Assembly: GCA_016188355.1 (NCBI GenBank)
Contig: JACPHY010000015.1
Location: 1,040 to 65,039, forward strand
Direction: 5' to 3'
DNA from: Candidatus Uhrbacteria bacterium
Lineage (GTDB): Bacteria; Patescibacteriota; Patescibacteriia; JACPHY01
Length of the DNA stretch: 64,000 nt
Shown: piece by piece, positions 1 through 8,822 of the stretch
How the letters are laid out: each line of letters begins with the position of its first letter
Numbering within the stretch: position 1 is the stretch's first letter
Translations under genes and position numbers: made by a program
The notes under the pieces: model-generated
What the model saw: the letters and a program-made list of their open reading frames with translations, nothing else
What the model was told of the DNA's origin: nothing
The model's database searches: none

Positions 1-19
1 ATGGCGCCACGGGCACACA

Positions 20-352
20 TTGCTCGTCAGCGCAGCAATCGCGATCATCGGTACGATCCTCACACGCACCATGCTCCCCCGGGGCGACTGGGTCACGGAT
101 TTCCTGAGTTTCGTCTGCCTCGGCATTGCCGTGGTCTGCACGTGCGCAGGGATCTGCAGCCTGGCGGCGGACGACGCTACCGCGCGCACGATGTTCGAGC
201 GGGATCGATTTGAGGAGCGATACCATTACGGCCTCCATCAAAACGAGCGCCGCAGGCGCGGCGAACCCTGGACGCCCATGTATGCGGACGCACCATCCCC
301 GACCCTAGTAATGGGCTGGACATCCGACGATCGCCCGCTACCCAAAAGCTGA
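20..352 (+). CDS. small hypothetical membrane protein (two hydrophobic segments); may begin upstream of the window
   Basis: ORF with two hydrophobic stretches (AAIAIIGTIL, FLSFVCLGIAVVCTCAGICSL). A 13-bp perfect hairpin follows the stop. No recognisable family. Confidence 0.3.
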   Translation: MLVSAAIAIIGTILTRTMLPRGDWVTDFLSFVCLGIAVVCTCAGICSLAADDATARTMFERDRFEERYHYGLHQNERRRRGEPWTPMYADAPSPTLVMGWTSDDRPLPKS

Positions 353-358
353 AACGCA

Positions 359-389
359 ATCCCCCGAGGCACGACGTGCCTCGGGGGAT
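359..389. terminator. bidirectional intrinsic terminator hairpin between convergent genes
   Basis: atcccccgaggca-cgacg-tgcctcgggggat: 13-bp perfect stem with a 5-nt loop, lying between a plus-strand ORF ending at 352 and a minus-strand ORF ending at 421. Confidence 0.5.
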
Positions 390-420
390 ATCCATATGCA
401 CTACTGTAGGCCGCCGCGCA

Positions 421-801
421 TCACGCACGCTGCCCCTCAAGACGTGCCACGCGCGCCGTGAGCTGGTCATAGAGCGCCCGCAATGCAGCAAGCTCGATAT
501 CCACCTTCTGATGCAACTGCACAAAATCGTCCACATGCGCCGCGAGCGTGTTGATACGATCATCCACGCGAGCAAACTCTTCCTTCATTTCCTTTCGCAG
601 GACGCCAAATTCACGATCGATCCCATCGAAACGTTGGTCGACTCGAGCAAAACGCTGGTCAATCTCGTCGAAACGTTGGTCGACTCGAGCAAAACGCTGG
701 TCGATCCCATCGAAGCGCTGATCTATTTTCGTGAAGTGCTCCTGCAGGAATTCGAGGAGCCCTTGTTGTTGTGGCTCTGCCATACGGACACCAGTATACA
801 T
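421..801 (-). CDS. small coiled-coil protein with tandem x-D-x-R-F heptad repeats (paralog of 37710..38120)
   Basis: Translation contains IDQRFDGIDQRFARVDQRFDEIDQRFARVDQRFDGIDREF followed by a heptad-periodic helical tail. The N-terminal LLEFLQEHF motif resembles FIEEQTEI of the ORF at 37710. The DNA at 625-702 carries a 42-bp tandem duplication encoding exactly two heptads. Confidence 0.5.
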   Translation of the reverse strand: MYTGVRMAEPQQQGLLEFLQEHFTKIDQRFDGIDQRFARVDQRFDEIDQRFARVDQRFDGIDREFGVLRKEMKEEFARVDDRINTLAAHVDDFVQLHQKVDIELAALRALYDQLTARVARLEGQRA

Positions 802-829
802 TGGTCCCGCCCGCTCGTCCTACGACGCG

Positions 830-3700
830 TCAAGTCCGCATTGCTTCCTTGAGATACTTCCCGGTGATCGACCGTTTCTCCTTTGCAATATCTTTTGGTG
901 TCCCCGCGACCACCACCTCGCCACCATGTACGCCGCCTTCGGGTCCCATATCGATGACCCAATCGGCGCTCTTGATGACATCGAGATTGTGTTCAATGAC
1001 GAGCACCGTATTGCCAACGTCCACCAATTTGCCGAGCACCTTGAGCAGCCGATCGATGTCGGCGAAATGCAGCCCGGTCGTCGGTTCATCCAGAATGTAG
1101 AGCGTGCGACCGGTGGCACGACGAGAAAGCTCCGTTGCGAGTTTAATACGCTGCGCCTCACCACCGGAGAGCGTCGTCGCGGATTGTCCGAGTTTCACGT
1201 AGCCCAATCCCACCTCCTCTAAAATCTCCAGCTTCTCGGCAATCGCGGGGATTGTTGCAAAGAACGCACGCGCCTCTTCGACGGTCATGTTGAGCACGTC
1301 AGAAATGTGCCGGCCCTTGTAATGAATCTCGAGCGCCTCGCGATTGTAGCGCTTCCCGTGGCATTCCTCGCATTCGACGTACACATCCGGAAGGAACTGC
1401 ATTTCAATTTTCACCATGCCGTCGCCCTGGCACGCCTCACAGCGCCCACCGACCACATTGAAACTGAATCGCCCCGCCTTGTATCCGCGCACTTTCGCTT
1501 CCGGCAATTCCGCGTAGAGTTCGCGCATCGGGGTGAAGACGCCCGTATACGTTGCCGGATTTGATCGCGGCGTCCGACCAATCGGCGACTGATCAATATC
1601 AATCACCTTGTCGATATGCTCCACGCCCGTGATGGTTTTATGCTTTCCGGGCGCATCTTTCGCGTTGTAGAACTTCTGATTCAGGAAACGGCTCAAGATA
1701 TCAATCATGAGCGTCGATTTTCCGGAACCCGAAACACCCGTGATGCACACGAGTTTCCCGAGTGGGATCGCCACGTCGACATTCTTCAAATTGTGCTCCG
1801 TCGCGCCTTTGATCGTAATCAATTTCCCATTCCCCCTCCGGTACGCCGCAGGCGATGCGATGGCCAGTGCACCGGACAGATATTTTCCGGTGAGCGACTC
1901 GGGGTGCTTCGCGATTTCTGCTGGCGTCCCCGCGGCAATAATTCTCCCCCCATGCTCACCCGCGCCCGGACCAATATCAATGAGGTAATCCGCGGCGCGC
2001 ATCGTTGCTTCATCGTGCTCCACCACGATCACCGTATTACCGAGATCACGCAATTCCTGGAGCGTCGTGAGTAGTTTGTCGTTATCGCGTTGATGCAATC
2101 CGATAGACGGCTCGTCGAGGATGTAGATCACCCCAGTCAACGCGGAACCAATCTGTGTCGCCAGCCGAATGCGTTGCGCCTCTCCGCCGGAAAGGGTAGA
2201 TGCTGCGCGGTCGAGCGTCAGGTAATCGAGGCCCACGTTCTGGAGGAACGTGAGTCGCGCGGTAATTTCCTTGAGCACGATTGCAGCAATCTTCGCCTCC
2301 CGCGCATCGAGCACGGGCGCATCGTGATGCGTGCGCTTCGCCGTCTTCCCCTTGCCGGTCGTCGGTACTGCATTTTCCGTTGCCCGCGCGAGGGACACGA
2401 AGAATGCGGCTGCATCTTCAATGGAAAGTCCGGTCACCACCGCAATGTTCTTGCCCGCCACGGTCACCGCGAGCGCCTCGGGACGCAGTCGCTCCCCATG
2501 GCACGCCGGGCACGGGGACGAACGCATGTAGTGCTCGATTTCCGAACGGATGTACTCAGAATCCGTTTCCTTGTGCTTCTGCTCGAGATACGGGATCACG
2601 CCCTGGAACCCTCCATCACCATAGAGAATGACGTCGAGCTGCTGCTTCGTGAGATCCTTCACTGGCGTTGCAGTCGTAAACCCATGGACTACCGCAACTC
2701 GCTCGAGCGTTTGGTACATCCAGCTCTGGTTGGCGAACACCTTTGTCCACGGCCGAATCGCACCCTGCGCAATGGTGAGGGTCTTGTTGGGAATAATGAG
2801 ATCCGCATCGAGCTCCAGAAGGGAACCAAGTCCGGAGCAGGTGGGGCATGCCCCATGCGGCGAGTTGAACGAAAAGTTGCGCGGCTCGAGTTCGGGAATA
2901 CTCACTCCGCATGCCGGACAGGAAAACAGTTGCGAGAAGAGGAGCACTTCCTGCTCCTGATCCGCGTCATTGAGCACCGCCGCCACGAGCAACCCATTCG
3001 CAAGGTCCAGTGCGGTTTCCGCAGAATCCGCAATCCGCGAACGCTCCGACGGATCCACAGTGACGCGATCCACCACCACTTCGAGGGAGTGCTTCTTCTG
3101 CTTATCTACCGTCAGGCTCGCCGCCTCATCAATCGTGTAGACCACACCATCGAGGCGCACGCGGGAATACCCCGCTTGATCCACCTTCTTCAAGATCGCC
3201 TTGTGCTCGCCCTTCTGATCGCGAATGAGCGGGGCGAGCAGTAGTACGCGCGTACCCTCTTCGAGCGTGAAGAGTCGATCCACGATTTGATCGATGGTCT
3301 GTCGCACCACCTCACGACCACACTGCGGACAGTGCGGGCGCCCGATGCGCGCGAACAGCAACCGGACGTAATCGTAAATTTCCGTGATCGTGCCGACCGT
3401 GGATCGTGGATTATGCGAGACGGTGCGCTGATCAATGGAAATGGTCGGCGATAATCCCTCGATGCTATCCACGTCCGGCTTGTCCATGACCCCCAAAAAT
3501 TGCCGCGCGTACGCGGACAACGACTCCACGTATCGACGCTGTCCTTCCGCGTAAATGGTATCGAACGCGAGCGACGATTTTCCCGAACCGGACAATCCAG
3601 TGAGCACCGTGAGCTTCCCGCGCGGGATCTCCGCGTTCACGCTCTTCAGGTTGTGCACGCGCGCACCACGAATGGTGATCTTGTCAGGGCCGAAGGACAT
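830..3700 (-). CDS. uvrA: excinuclease ABC subunit A (UvrA)
   Basis: N-terminus [21 protein letters not shown]...[36 protein letters not shown]. Two ABC ATPase modules (Walker [11 protein letters not shown], signature LSGGEAQR twice) and zinc-finger Cys pairs. Start set at the ATG at 3698-3700; the ORF track extends 16 codons further upstream. Confidence 0.95.
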   Translation of the reverse strand: MSFGPDKITIRGARVHNLKSVNAEIPRGKLTVLTGLSGSGKSSLAFDTIYAEGQRRYVESLSAYARQFLGVMDKPDVDSIEGLSPTISIDQRTVSHNPRSTVGTITEIYDYVRLLFARIGRPHCPQCGREVVRQTIDQIVDRLFTLEEGTRVLLLAPLIRDQKGEHKAILKKVDQAGYSRVRLDGVVYTIDEAASLTVDKQKKHSLEVVVDRVTVDPSERSRIADSAETALDLANGLLVAAVLNDADQEQEVLLFSQLFSCPACGVSIPELEPRNFSFNSPHGACPTCSGLGSLLELDADLIIPNKTLTIAQGAIRPWTKVFANQSWMYQTLERVAVVHGFTTATPVKDLTKQQLDVILYGDGGFQGVIPYLEQKHKETDSEYIRSEIEHYMRSSPCPACHGERLRPEALAVTVAGKNIAVVTGLSIEDAAAFFVSLARATENAVPTTGKGKTAKRTHHDAPVLDAREAKIAAIVLKEITARLTFLQNVGLDYLTLDRAASTLSGGEAQRIRLATQIGSALTGVIYILDEPSIGLHQRDNDKLLTTLQELRDLGNTVIVVEHDEATMRAADYLIDIGPGAGEHGGRIIAAGTPAEIAKHPESLTGKYLSGALAIASPAAYRRGNGKLITIKGATEHNLKNVDVAIPLGKLVCITGVSGSGKSTLMIDILSRFLNQKFYNAKDAPGKHKTITGVEHIDKVIDIDQSPIGRTPRSNPATYTGVFTPMRELYAELPEAKVRGYKAGRFSFNVVGGRCEACQGDGMVKIEMQFLPDVYVECEECHGKRYNREALEIHYKGRHISDVLNMTVEEARAFFATIPAIAEKLEILEEVGLGYVKLGQSATTLSGGEAQRIKLATELSRRATGRTLYILDEPTTGLHFADIDRLLKVLGKLVDVGNTVLVIEHNLDVIKSADWVIDMGPEGGVHGGEVVVAGTPKDIAKEKRSITGKYLKEAMRT

Positions 3701-3852
3701 AGCATTGGGGTGGAGGAAGGCGCCGCGGGTATTCCCCGCGCACCACAAAGCAGGCGTTCCGCCCGCACGTACGGGCTTGGAACGCTCAAATCAAGAGAAC
3801 CCATGGCTTCCAGAATAGATTCCTCCGGAAGACGCGTCAAGCAGTATCCAAA

Positions 3853-5160
3853 TTAACGATCATCGAAGTTGGCCCGGGTCACATTGAGATCACAGCGCAC
3901 CACGGGTGCCCCGGGTTTCTGGAATAACGCGTCCACTACTTCGCCGACTCCAAAAAACTCCTCCGCTGGAATTGCCAACCAATCGGATGCAGTAAAATCA
4001 TCGAAATCTGTTTCCCCTCCCTTGCTCTCGATGGGCCTCGCCTCTCCGGAGCAGGATTTCTTGCCCACGAGAAAGAAATCATCGCTGCCAGAACCAAAGG
4101 TTCCGCCCTCATCATTCACCTCTGCCGCCAATAAAAATCCACGCACCGCCTGACTGCGCTCGGTCAATGAGAGTGTGTTATATGACTTCCCGTTCACCGT
4201 ACAGGGCATTCCCCCTAATCCCTGAATTGCAGACTGCACCGCGAACGCATACGCCTGCTTCGCGTGCCGATCGTCCGCGTCGACCACGTCCACATCGTCC
4301 ACGGTCCATGTTCTTCCATCCGCGCACACCCCCATGAGCCGGATATTATTATCAATGAATGCGTCGCCATCATTGGTAATGGTTCCCCCAAATGCCCCTT
4401 TCTTGCAGGGATTCGGATCCGACGAATCAATTGGCAAACACACCTCCCCGCTTGGGCACACGTCACCCGTACATTGACCAGACGACGCACCGATCACGGT
4501 GAATATCTGCCCGCACTTCAGCTGGGATCGATCGGTAACGATTGATCCATTCGGACCGAATTTACGAATCTCGACCTCCCGTGGAAGACTCGAACAAAAC
4601 TTTTGACCAGTCGCAATCGGACGGAGCATCATCGTCCGCGGCAACGAGAGTTGCACGAGATCCGGGTTGATAGTTTGCAGTAATACGTACGACCCAATCG
4701 ACAAGAGGAGACCGATGAGCGCATTCCGAATCCACTGCTTCGCCGTATCAATACGCCCGGCACCCGCCGAAGTGATCCACATGAGCCCGCCCGCCATGAT
4801 CACCACCACCGCAAGGATCGCAGCGAATCGCACGAGCCACACGTACGCCAATACAATGTACTGACGGAGATCCGAAACCTCGCGCACATCCTCACCCCTT
4901 GGCGTCGCGAGGTGAATCTGCAACGCAACACGCTTTCCTGCGTAGCAATGCCCCCACTCCACACCACCACAGCCCTCCACCGCCTTCTCCCAATGCGTTT
5001 CCAGTGGTCCCAGATTCGCATGCGCGCATTGTTTCTCGGTCCAACACACGGGATTTTGCGCAGGAGCAACATCCGCTTGTCCGGGCAGCGGTCGCACCAT
5101 CGCTCCCAGCACCGCAAAAAATAGGATAATCCGCCACGTGCGATGCATACGCGATGTCAC
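3853..5160 (-). CDS. Cys-rich exported membrane protein: signal peptide, Cys-containing segment, two-helix hydrophobic hairpin, then a ~280-aa Cys/Asp/Gly-rich extracellular domain
   Basis: N-terminus MTSRMHRTWRIILFFAVLGAMV is signal-like. Hydrophobic helices IVLAYVWLVRFAAILAVVVIMAGGLMWI and ALIGLLLSIGSYVLLQTI. About 16 Cys residues. The start overlaps the stop of the upstream DsbA-like gene by 4 nt. Confidence 0.6.
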   Translation of the reverse strand: MTSRMHRTWRIILFFAVLGAMVRPLPGQADVAPAQNPVCWTEKQCAHANLGPLETHWEKAVEGCGGVEWGHCYAGKRVALQIHLATPRGEDVREVSDLRQYIVLAYVWLVRFAAILAVVVIMAGGLMWITSAGAGRIDTAKQWIRNALIGLLLSIGSYVLLQTINPDLVQLSLPRTMMLRPIATGQKFCSSLPREVEIRKFGPNGSIVTDRSQLKCGQIFTVIGASSGQCTGDVCPSGEVCLPIDSSDPNPCKKGAFGGTITNDGDAFIDNNIRLMGVCADGRTWTVDDVDVVDADDRHAKQAYAFAVQSAIQGLGGMPCTVNGKSYNTLSLTERSQAVRGFLLAAEVNDEGGTFGSGSDDFFLVGKKSCSGEARPIESKGGETDFDDFTASDWLAIPAEEFFGVGEVVDALFQKPGAPVVRCDLNVTRANFDDR

Positions 5161-5894
5161 TGCGGGTTATGCAAAAAATGATCCAACACCCGGAACAACG
5201 CTTCTCGGGGGATCACGCCTTCCACGCGCCGCGCATGCGCCGTATCGTTGCCGAGCACAAAAAACCAGGTCGGCGTTCCGCGGACACCGAGCTTCTGACC
5301 CGCCTCCACGTCTGCAGCCACCTCTGCGGCGAAGCGCCCGGAACTCAAGCACACATCAAACTGTTGCCCATCCAAACCGACCGCCCGTGCATACTTCCGC
5401 AGCGATGCATCATCCAAAATGCCCGCATGCGCAAAGAGCTTGTCGTGATACGCCCAAAACTTGCCCTGCGCATGCGCACACTGCCCCGCCTCCGCGGCAC
5501 GGCGCGCAAATTCATGGAGGGAATCGACCGGAAAATCGCGATACACTACCCGAAGGCGATTCCCGTATCGCGCCATCGCCTCACGAATGACCGGGAACGC
5601 ACGCAGAGAAAATGGGCACTGGAAATCACTGAACTCCACAATCGTCAGGCGCGCATCCGTAGCACCCATGGACGGATCATCGTCCGTGATGATCGGCACA
5701 TTCGGATCAATCGTCACCGGCACCGCGCCCGATTGCGCCTCCGTAAACTCCGAAGTACGTAACACCTCTACCGAAGTGGCACGCGGCACCGCCACACGGC
5801 GCGATACAATCAAAAACCAGCCGCCCAATGCCCCCGTGCTCCCCACATACACCAACAACGCAATGCCCCACCATCGGCGATACCATGAACGCAT
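5157..5894 (-). CDS. membrane-anchored DsbA-family thioredoxin-fold protein with a CXXS (C-P-F-S) active-site motif
   Basis: N-terminal TM segment WWGIALLVYVGSTGALGGWFLIV. Thioredoxin/DsbA core VEFSDFQCPFSLRAFPVIREAMARYGNRLRVVYRDFPV...FFVLGN. The second active-site Cys is replaced by Ser; confirmed on the DNA as gtggagttcagtgatttccagtgcccattttctctgcgtgcg (reverse strand). Confidence 0.8.
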   Translation of the reverse strand: MRSWYRRWWGIALLVYVGSTGALGGWFLIVSRRVAVPRATSVEVLRTSEFTEAQSGAVPVTIDPNVPIITDDDPSMGATDARLTIVEFSDFQCPFSLRAFPVIREAMARYGNRLRVVYRDFPVDSLHEFARRAAEAGQCAHAQGKFWAYHDKLFAHAGILDDASLRKYARAVGLDGQQFDVCLSSGRFAAEVAADVEAGQKLGVRGTPTWFFVLGNDTAHARRVEGVIPREALFRVLDHFLHNPQ

Positions 5895-6097
5895 ACATCA
5901 ACGAATCGTTGCCTCTCCGGGAGGCGAGGGACGCAAACCAACCGTACGCACTTGCAGTGTATCATTCTTGCATTTCCCATTCCCAATAATCACGCCTCGT
6001 CAGGACGTGATCATCCCACAGAACAACAGGAGCGCAATGGGTGCTGTCCGTGGATGAGCAACGGGCATATTTCCGGATACCAAGGATTCCGCTTTTA

Positions 6098-6127
6098 TTG
6101 ACACACCACACCAACCAATGATATGGT
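6098..6127 (+). promoter_or_regulatory. candidate sigma70-type promoter for secG
   Basis: TTGACA at 6098-6103, an 18-nt spacer, TG-extended -10 TATGGT at 6122-6127 (TG at 6119-6120), about 50 nt upstream of the secG ATG. Confidence 0.35.
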
Positions 6128-6178
6128 TTTGGGGTGAGGCATCACGCCTCTTTTTGCTATTCCCGTACTCTGGCTGAT

Positions 6179-6394
6179 ATGTCCGCCCTCCGCATTCTTC
6201 AAGTACTTAGCGCCATTTTGCTCATCGTGGTCGTCCTCCTCCAGCAACGCGGCACCGGCCTCGGCAGCTCGTTTGGCGGTGACAGCACCTCCTATCGCAC
6301 CATCCGTGGTCTCGAACGCACCCTTGCCGTGATCACCGCAGCACTCGCAGTCATCTTCTTTGGCAGCGCACTCGCGCAAATCGCGCTTTCGTAA
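6179..6394 (+). CDS. secG: preprotein translocase subunit SecG
   Basis: MSALRILQVLSAILLIVVVLLQQRGTGLGSSFGGDSTSY...AVITAALAVIFFG matches the SecG pattern (TM, LLQ.G.G...FGG, TM). Start taken at the internal Met of the 6134 ORF. Confidence 0.85.
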   Translation: MSALRILQVLSAILLIVVVLLQQRGTGLGSSFGGDSTSYRTIRGLERTLAVITAALAVIFFGSALAQIALS

Positions 6395-6539
6395 TACCCA
6401 CAATCCTCTCCGCCGCTGCCCCTGACTCCTCGTCGTTGTCATTGCGAGGAGTCCTCGACGAAACCATCCCACGCCATGCACCGGTAATGCTGCGCGCGCG
6501 ATTGTTTCGAGGACTCGCAATGACCGGCTCCATCTCATC

Positions 6540-8426
6540 ATGCCTCTTGCCGATCGCATTCGACACGTACTCCGATCGTTCCCTCTTCCCTCTGCACGAC
6601 AATTGCTCCGCCTCCCGACGGTCCTCGATGCACGGGAACGCATGCGCGCCATCGCCGGTATCGTAGCGCTGCTCACGGGCGGTGCCCTGCTATTCTATTC
6701 GTGGTACGAACGCACCACAGTGGAAGCTCCCGCAATCGGTGGTACCTACGTGGAGGGATTAGTTGGCGAACCACGATTCGTCAATCCTATTTTTGCGATG
6801 GCGAATGATGTGGATGCGGATCTCGCGCGACTCATCTATTCCGGTCTCTTCCGCACCGATCGCACGGGTGCAGTGGTCCCTGATCTCGCGGAGCGATACG
6901 AACTTTCTGACGACGGAAAATCCCTCACCGTCCAGCTCAAGGATGGTCTCCGTTGGCACGATGGCGCGCTCCTCACCGCGAGCGACGTGGTCTTCACCAT
7001 GAATCTCATTGAGGATCCGAATGCCGGAAGCCCGCTCCGCGGCAGTTTCCGCGGCGTGACGGTCGAGCGCGTAGATGATCGCACGGTACGATTCACCATT
7101 GAGCGACCGCTTGCCATTTTCCTGAGCGCGCTCACGGTGGGCATTCTCCCGGAGCATGTTTGGGTGGATATTCCGCCCAGTCATCTTCCCCTTGCCGAAA
7201 TGAACCTCCGACCAGTGGGTTCGGGTCCATTCGCATTTGTGGGACTCACAAAAGATCGGCGCGGCAGCATTCGTTCATATACCGTCGAACGCTACCCGGG
7301 ATACCACGACATCCCCGCTCGCATCGCGCGTATCACCTTCCGGCTCTACGGGAGCACCTCAGAGCTCCTCACCGCGTTCAATGGCCGAGAGGTAGACGGC
7401 ATCGGAACGCTGGTTCCCATGGGAGCGGCAGCGATCACGCGACACGACATCACCCGCTACCCCGTACATCTCCCACAAACAACGGCAATGTTCTTGAACG
7501 AAAAACGTGCACCGGCGCTCCGCGATACCGCGGTCCGACGCGCGCTCTCCATTGCCATTGATCGACGCACGCTCCTCACGGATGCACTCAACGGCGCTGG
7601 CACATTAGTGGGAGGACCACTCATTCCTGGATTTAGTCCAATTGCCGATCCTCCCGCACCAGATCCTTTCGATGCCGCCGGCGCAGCAACTGCGCTCGAT
7701 CGTGCGAAATGGGAACGCGTGGACACTGCGGCAATCATTCAAGCAAAAATTCGTTCTGCGCTCCTCGCACTAGAGGCCGCGAAGGCGAAAGCGGGCAAGA
7801 AGAAAAAAGAACTCGCCGCGACAGACGAGGAGCGAAAACAAATCGGGGATCGCATCCGGGCGGAGGTGACGGAAACGCAGCCGTACTATCGCCTTCGGAA
7901 TGGCACCGTGCTCGAAGTGACCATCACCACCCCCGATGCACCGGAATTCGTTGCCATCGCAGAACGCGTCCGTGACGCGTGGCGTGCTATTGGCGTCCGT
8001 GCAACCGTTGATGCGGTCTCCATTGAACGCATCCGCGGAGACGCCATTCCGAATCGGGCGTACGATGCACTCCTCTTCAGTCAAATTCTCGGTCCCGATC
8101 CCGACCCCTTCCCCTTCTGGCACTCCTCGCAAGTACGCCACCCCGGACTCAATCTCTCCTTCTTCTCCAATAAGGCAATCGATAAGGCACTCGAGGATGC
8201 ACGCGGCACGCTCGACCGCTCCGTGCGTGGACAGAAATACCAGGAATTCCAGCGACTCCTCGCCGAGGAGCGGCCTGCTATTTTCCTCATGACCCCCTCA
8301 CTCTCCTACGTCGTCAGCAATGCCGTCCGCGGCATCACCCTGGAGCAACCCACACAACCCACCGACCGATTCGCCACCATCACCGAATGGTATACTGAGG
8401 TGCAACGGGTGCGTAGGAAGAACTGA
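6540..8426 (+). CDS. ABC transporter substrate-binding protein, family 5 (OppA/DppA-like), N-terminally membrane anchored
   Basis: YVEGLVGEPRFVNPIFAMANDVDADLARLIYSGLFRTD...LTVQLKDGLRWHDGALLTASDVVFTM is typical of SBP family 5. Hydrophobic anchor IAGIVALLTGGALLF. Contains a Lys/Glu-rich helical insert. The true start may be the Met at 6642. Confidence 0.85.
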   Translation: MPLADRIRHVLRSFPLPSARQLLRLPTVLDARERMRAIAGIVALLTGGALLFYSWYERTTVEAPAIGGTYVEGLVGEPRFVNPIFAMANDVDADLARLIYSGLFRTDRTGAVVPDLAERYELSDDGKSLTVQLKDGLRWHDGALLTASDVVFTMNLIEDPNAGSPLRGSFRGVTVERVDDRTVRFTIERPLAIFLSALTVGILPEHVWVDIPPSHLPLAEMNLRPVGSGPFAFVGLTKDRRGSIRSYTVERYPGYHDIPARIARITFRLYGSTSELLTAFNGREVDGIGTLVPMGAAAITRHDITRYPVHLPQTTAMFLNEKRAPALRDTAVRRALSIAIDRRTLLTDALNGAGTLVGGPLIPGFSPIADPPAPDPFDAAGAATALDRAKWERVDTAAIIQAKIRSALLALEAAKAKAGKKKKELAATDEERKQIGDRIRAEVTETQPYYRLRNGTVLEVTITTPDAPEFVAIAERVRDAWRAIGVRATVDAVSIERIRGDAIPNRAYDALLFSQILGPDPDPFPFWHSSQVRHPGLNLSFFSNKAIDKALEDARGTLDRSVRGQKYQEFQRLLAEERPAIFLMTPSLSYVVSNAVRGITLEQPTQPTDRFATITEWYTEVQRVRRKN

Positions 8427-8443
8427 AGACGATCACTTTCGAG

Positions 8444-8526
8444 CCGCGGTGGTGGAATGGCAGACACGCATGGTTCAGGGCCATGTGCCCGCAAGGGCAT
8501 GGGGGTTCAAGTCCCCCCCGCGGCAA
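8444..8526 (+). tRNA. tRNA-Leu (anticodon CAG), long variable arm
   Basis: Hand fold: acceptor gccgcgg/ccgcggc, anticodon stem catgg/ccatg with loop ttCAGgg, long variable arm tgcccgcaagggca, T-arm ggggg-ttcaagt-ccccc, discriminator A, no encoded CCA. Confidence 0.85.
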
Positions 8527-8535
8527 AGACATCGT

Positions 8536-8690
8536 GGAGGAACCTCCCCCACTCCGCTCCTGAACGGAGCTTCGCGGGGCAAGCCGGTTTCCCTCCCGTG
8601 CCCCCTTCCCTCCAGACGGACGAAGCAACCCTACGGCCGCCTGCCCCGCGAAGCGCTGCGCGAAGTGGGGCTGCGCTCGGGCATCGGAAA
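8536..8690 (+). ncRNA. conserved structured tRNA-trailer element, copy 1 (see findings); unknown function
   Basis: The ~57-nt block aacctcccccactccgctcctgaacggagcttcgcggggcaagccggtttccctcc is near-identical (1 mismatch) to the reverse complement of 53467-53525. Distal block ctgccccgcgaagcgctgcgcgaagtggggctgcgctcggg is also conserved and base-pairs with gcttcgcggggca of block 1. Confidence 0.5.
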
Positions 8691-8822
8691 CCGAAAATTC
8701 GGACAGCAGACACCACGATTCCGTCTCATCTTTTAGATTTTCGAAACGCGCAATTTCCTTTTCATTTTCCATTCGACATTCTTTTTCTTCGCGCCGCTGC
8801 GTTTGTTGCGGATCCTCGATCT

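Noticed and set aside
376-852. Plus-strand 158-aa ORF overlapping the heptad-repeat gene
   Set aside because: The minus-strand frame gives a clean heptad coiled coil with a paralog elsewhere in the window (37710..38120); the plus-strand frame (TLVDSSKTLVNLVETLVDSSKTLV) is the mirror translation of the same DNA repeat and has no paralog.
8457-8822. N-terminal 120 codons of the long ORF 8457..10670 (would make RNase J 737 aa)
   Set aside because: This stretch overlaps tRNA-Leu and the conserved tRNA-trailer element, is Pro/Arg/Ala-rich frame noise typical of high-GC DNA, and RNase J homology begins only near VIPIGGCDEVGKN. Start placed at the ATG at 8823.
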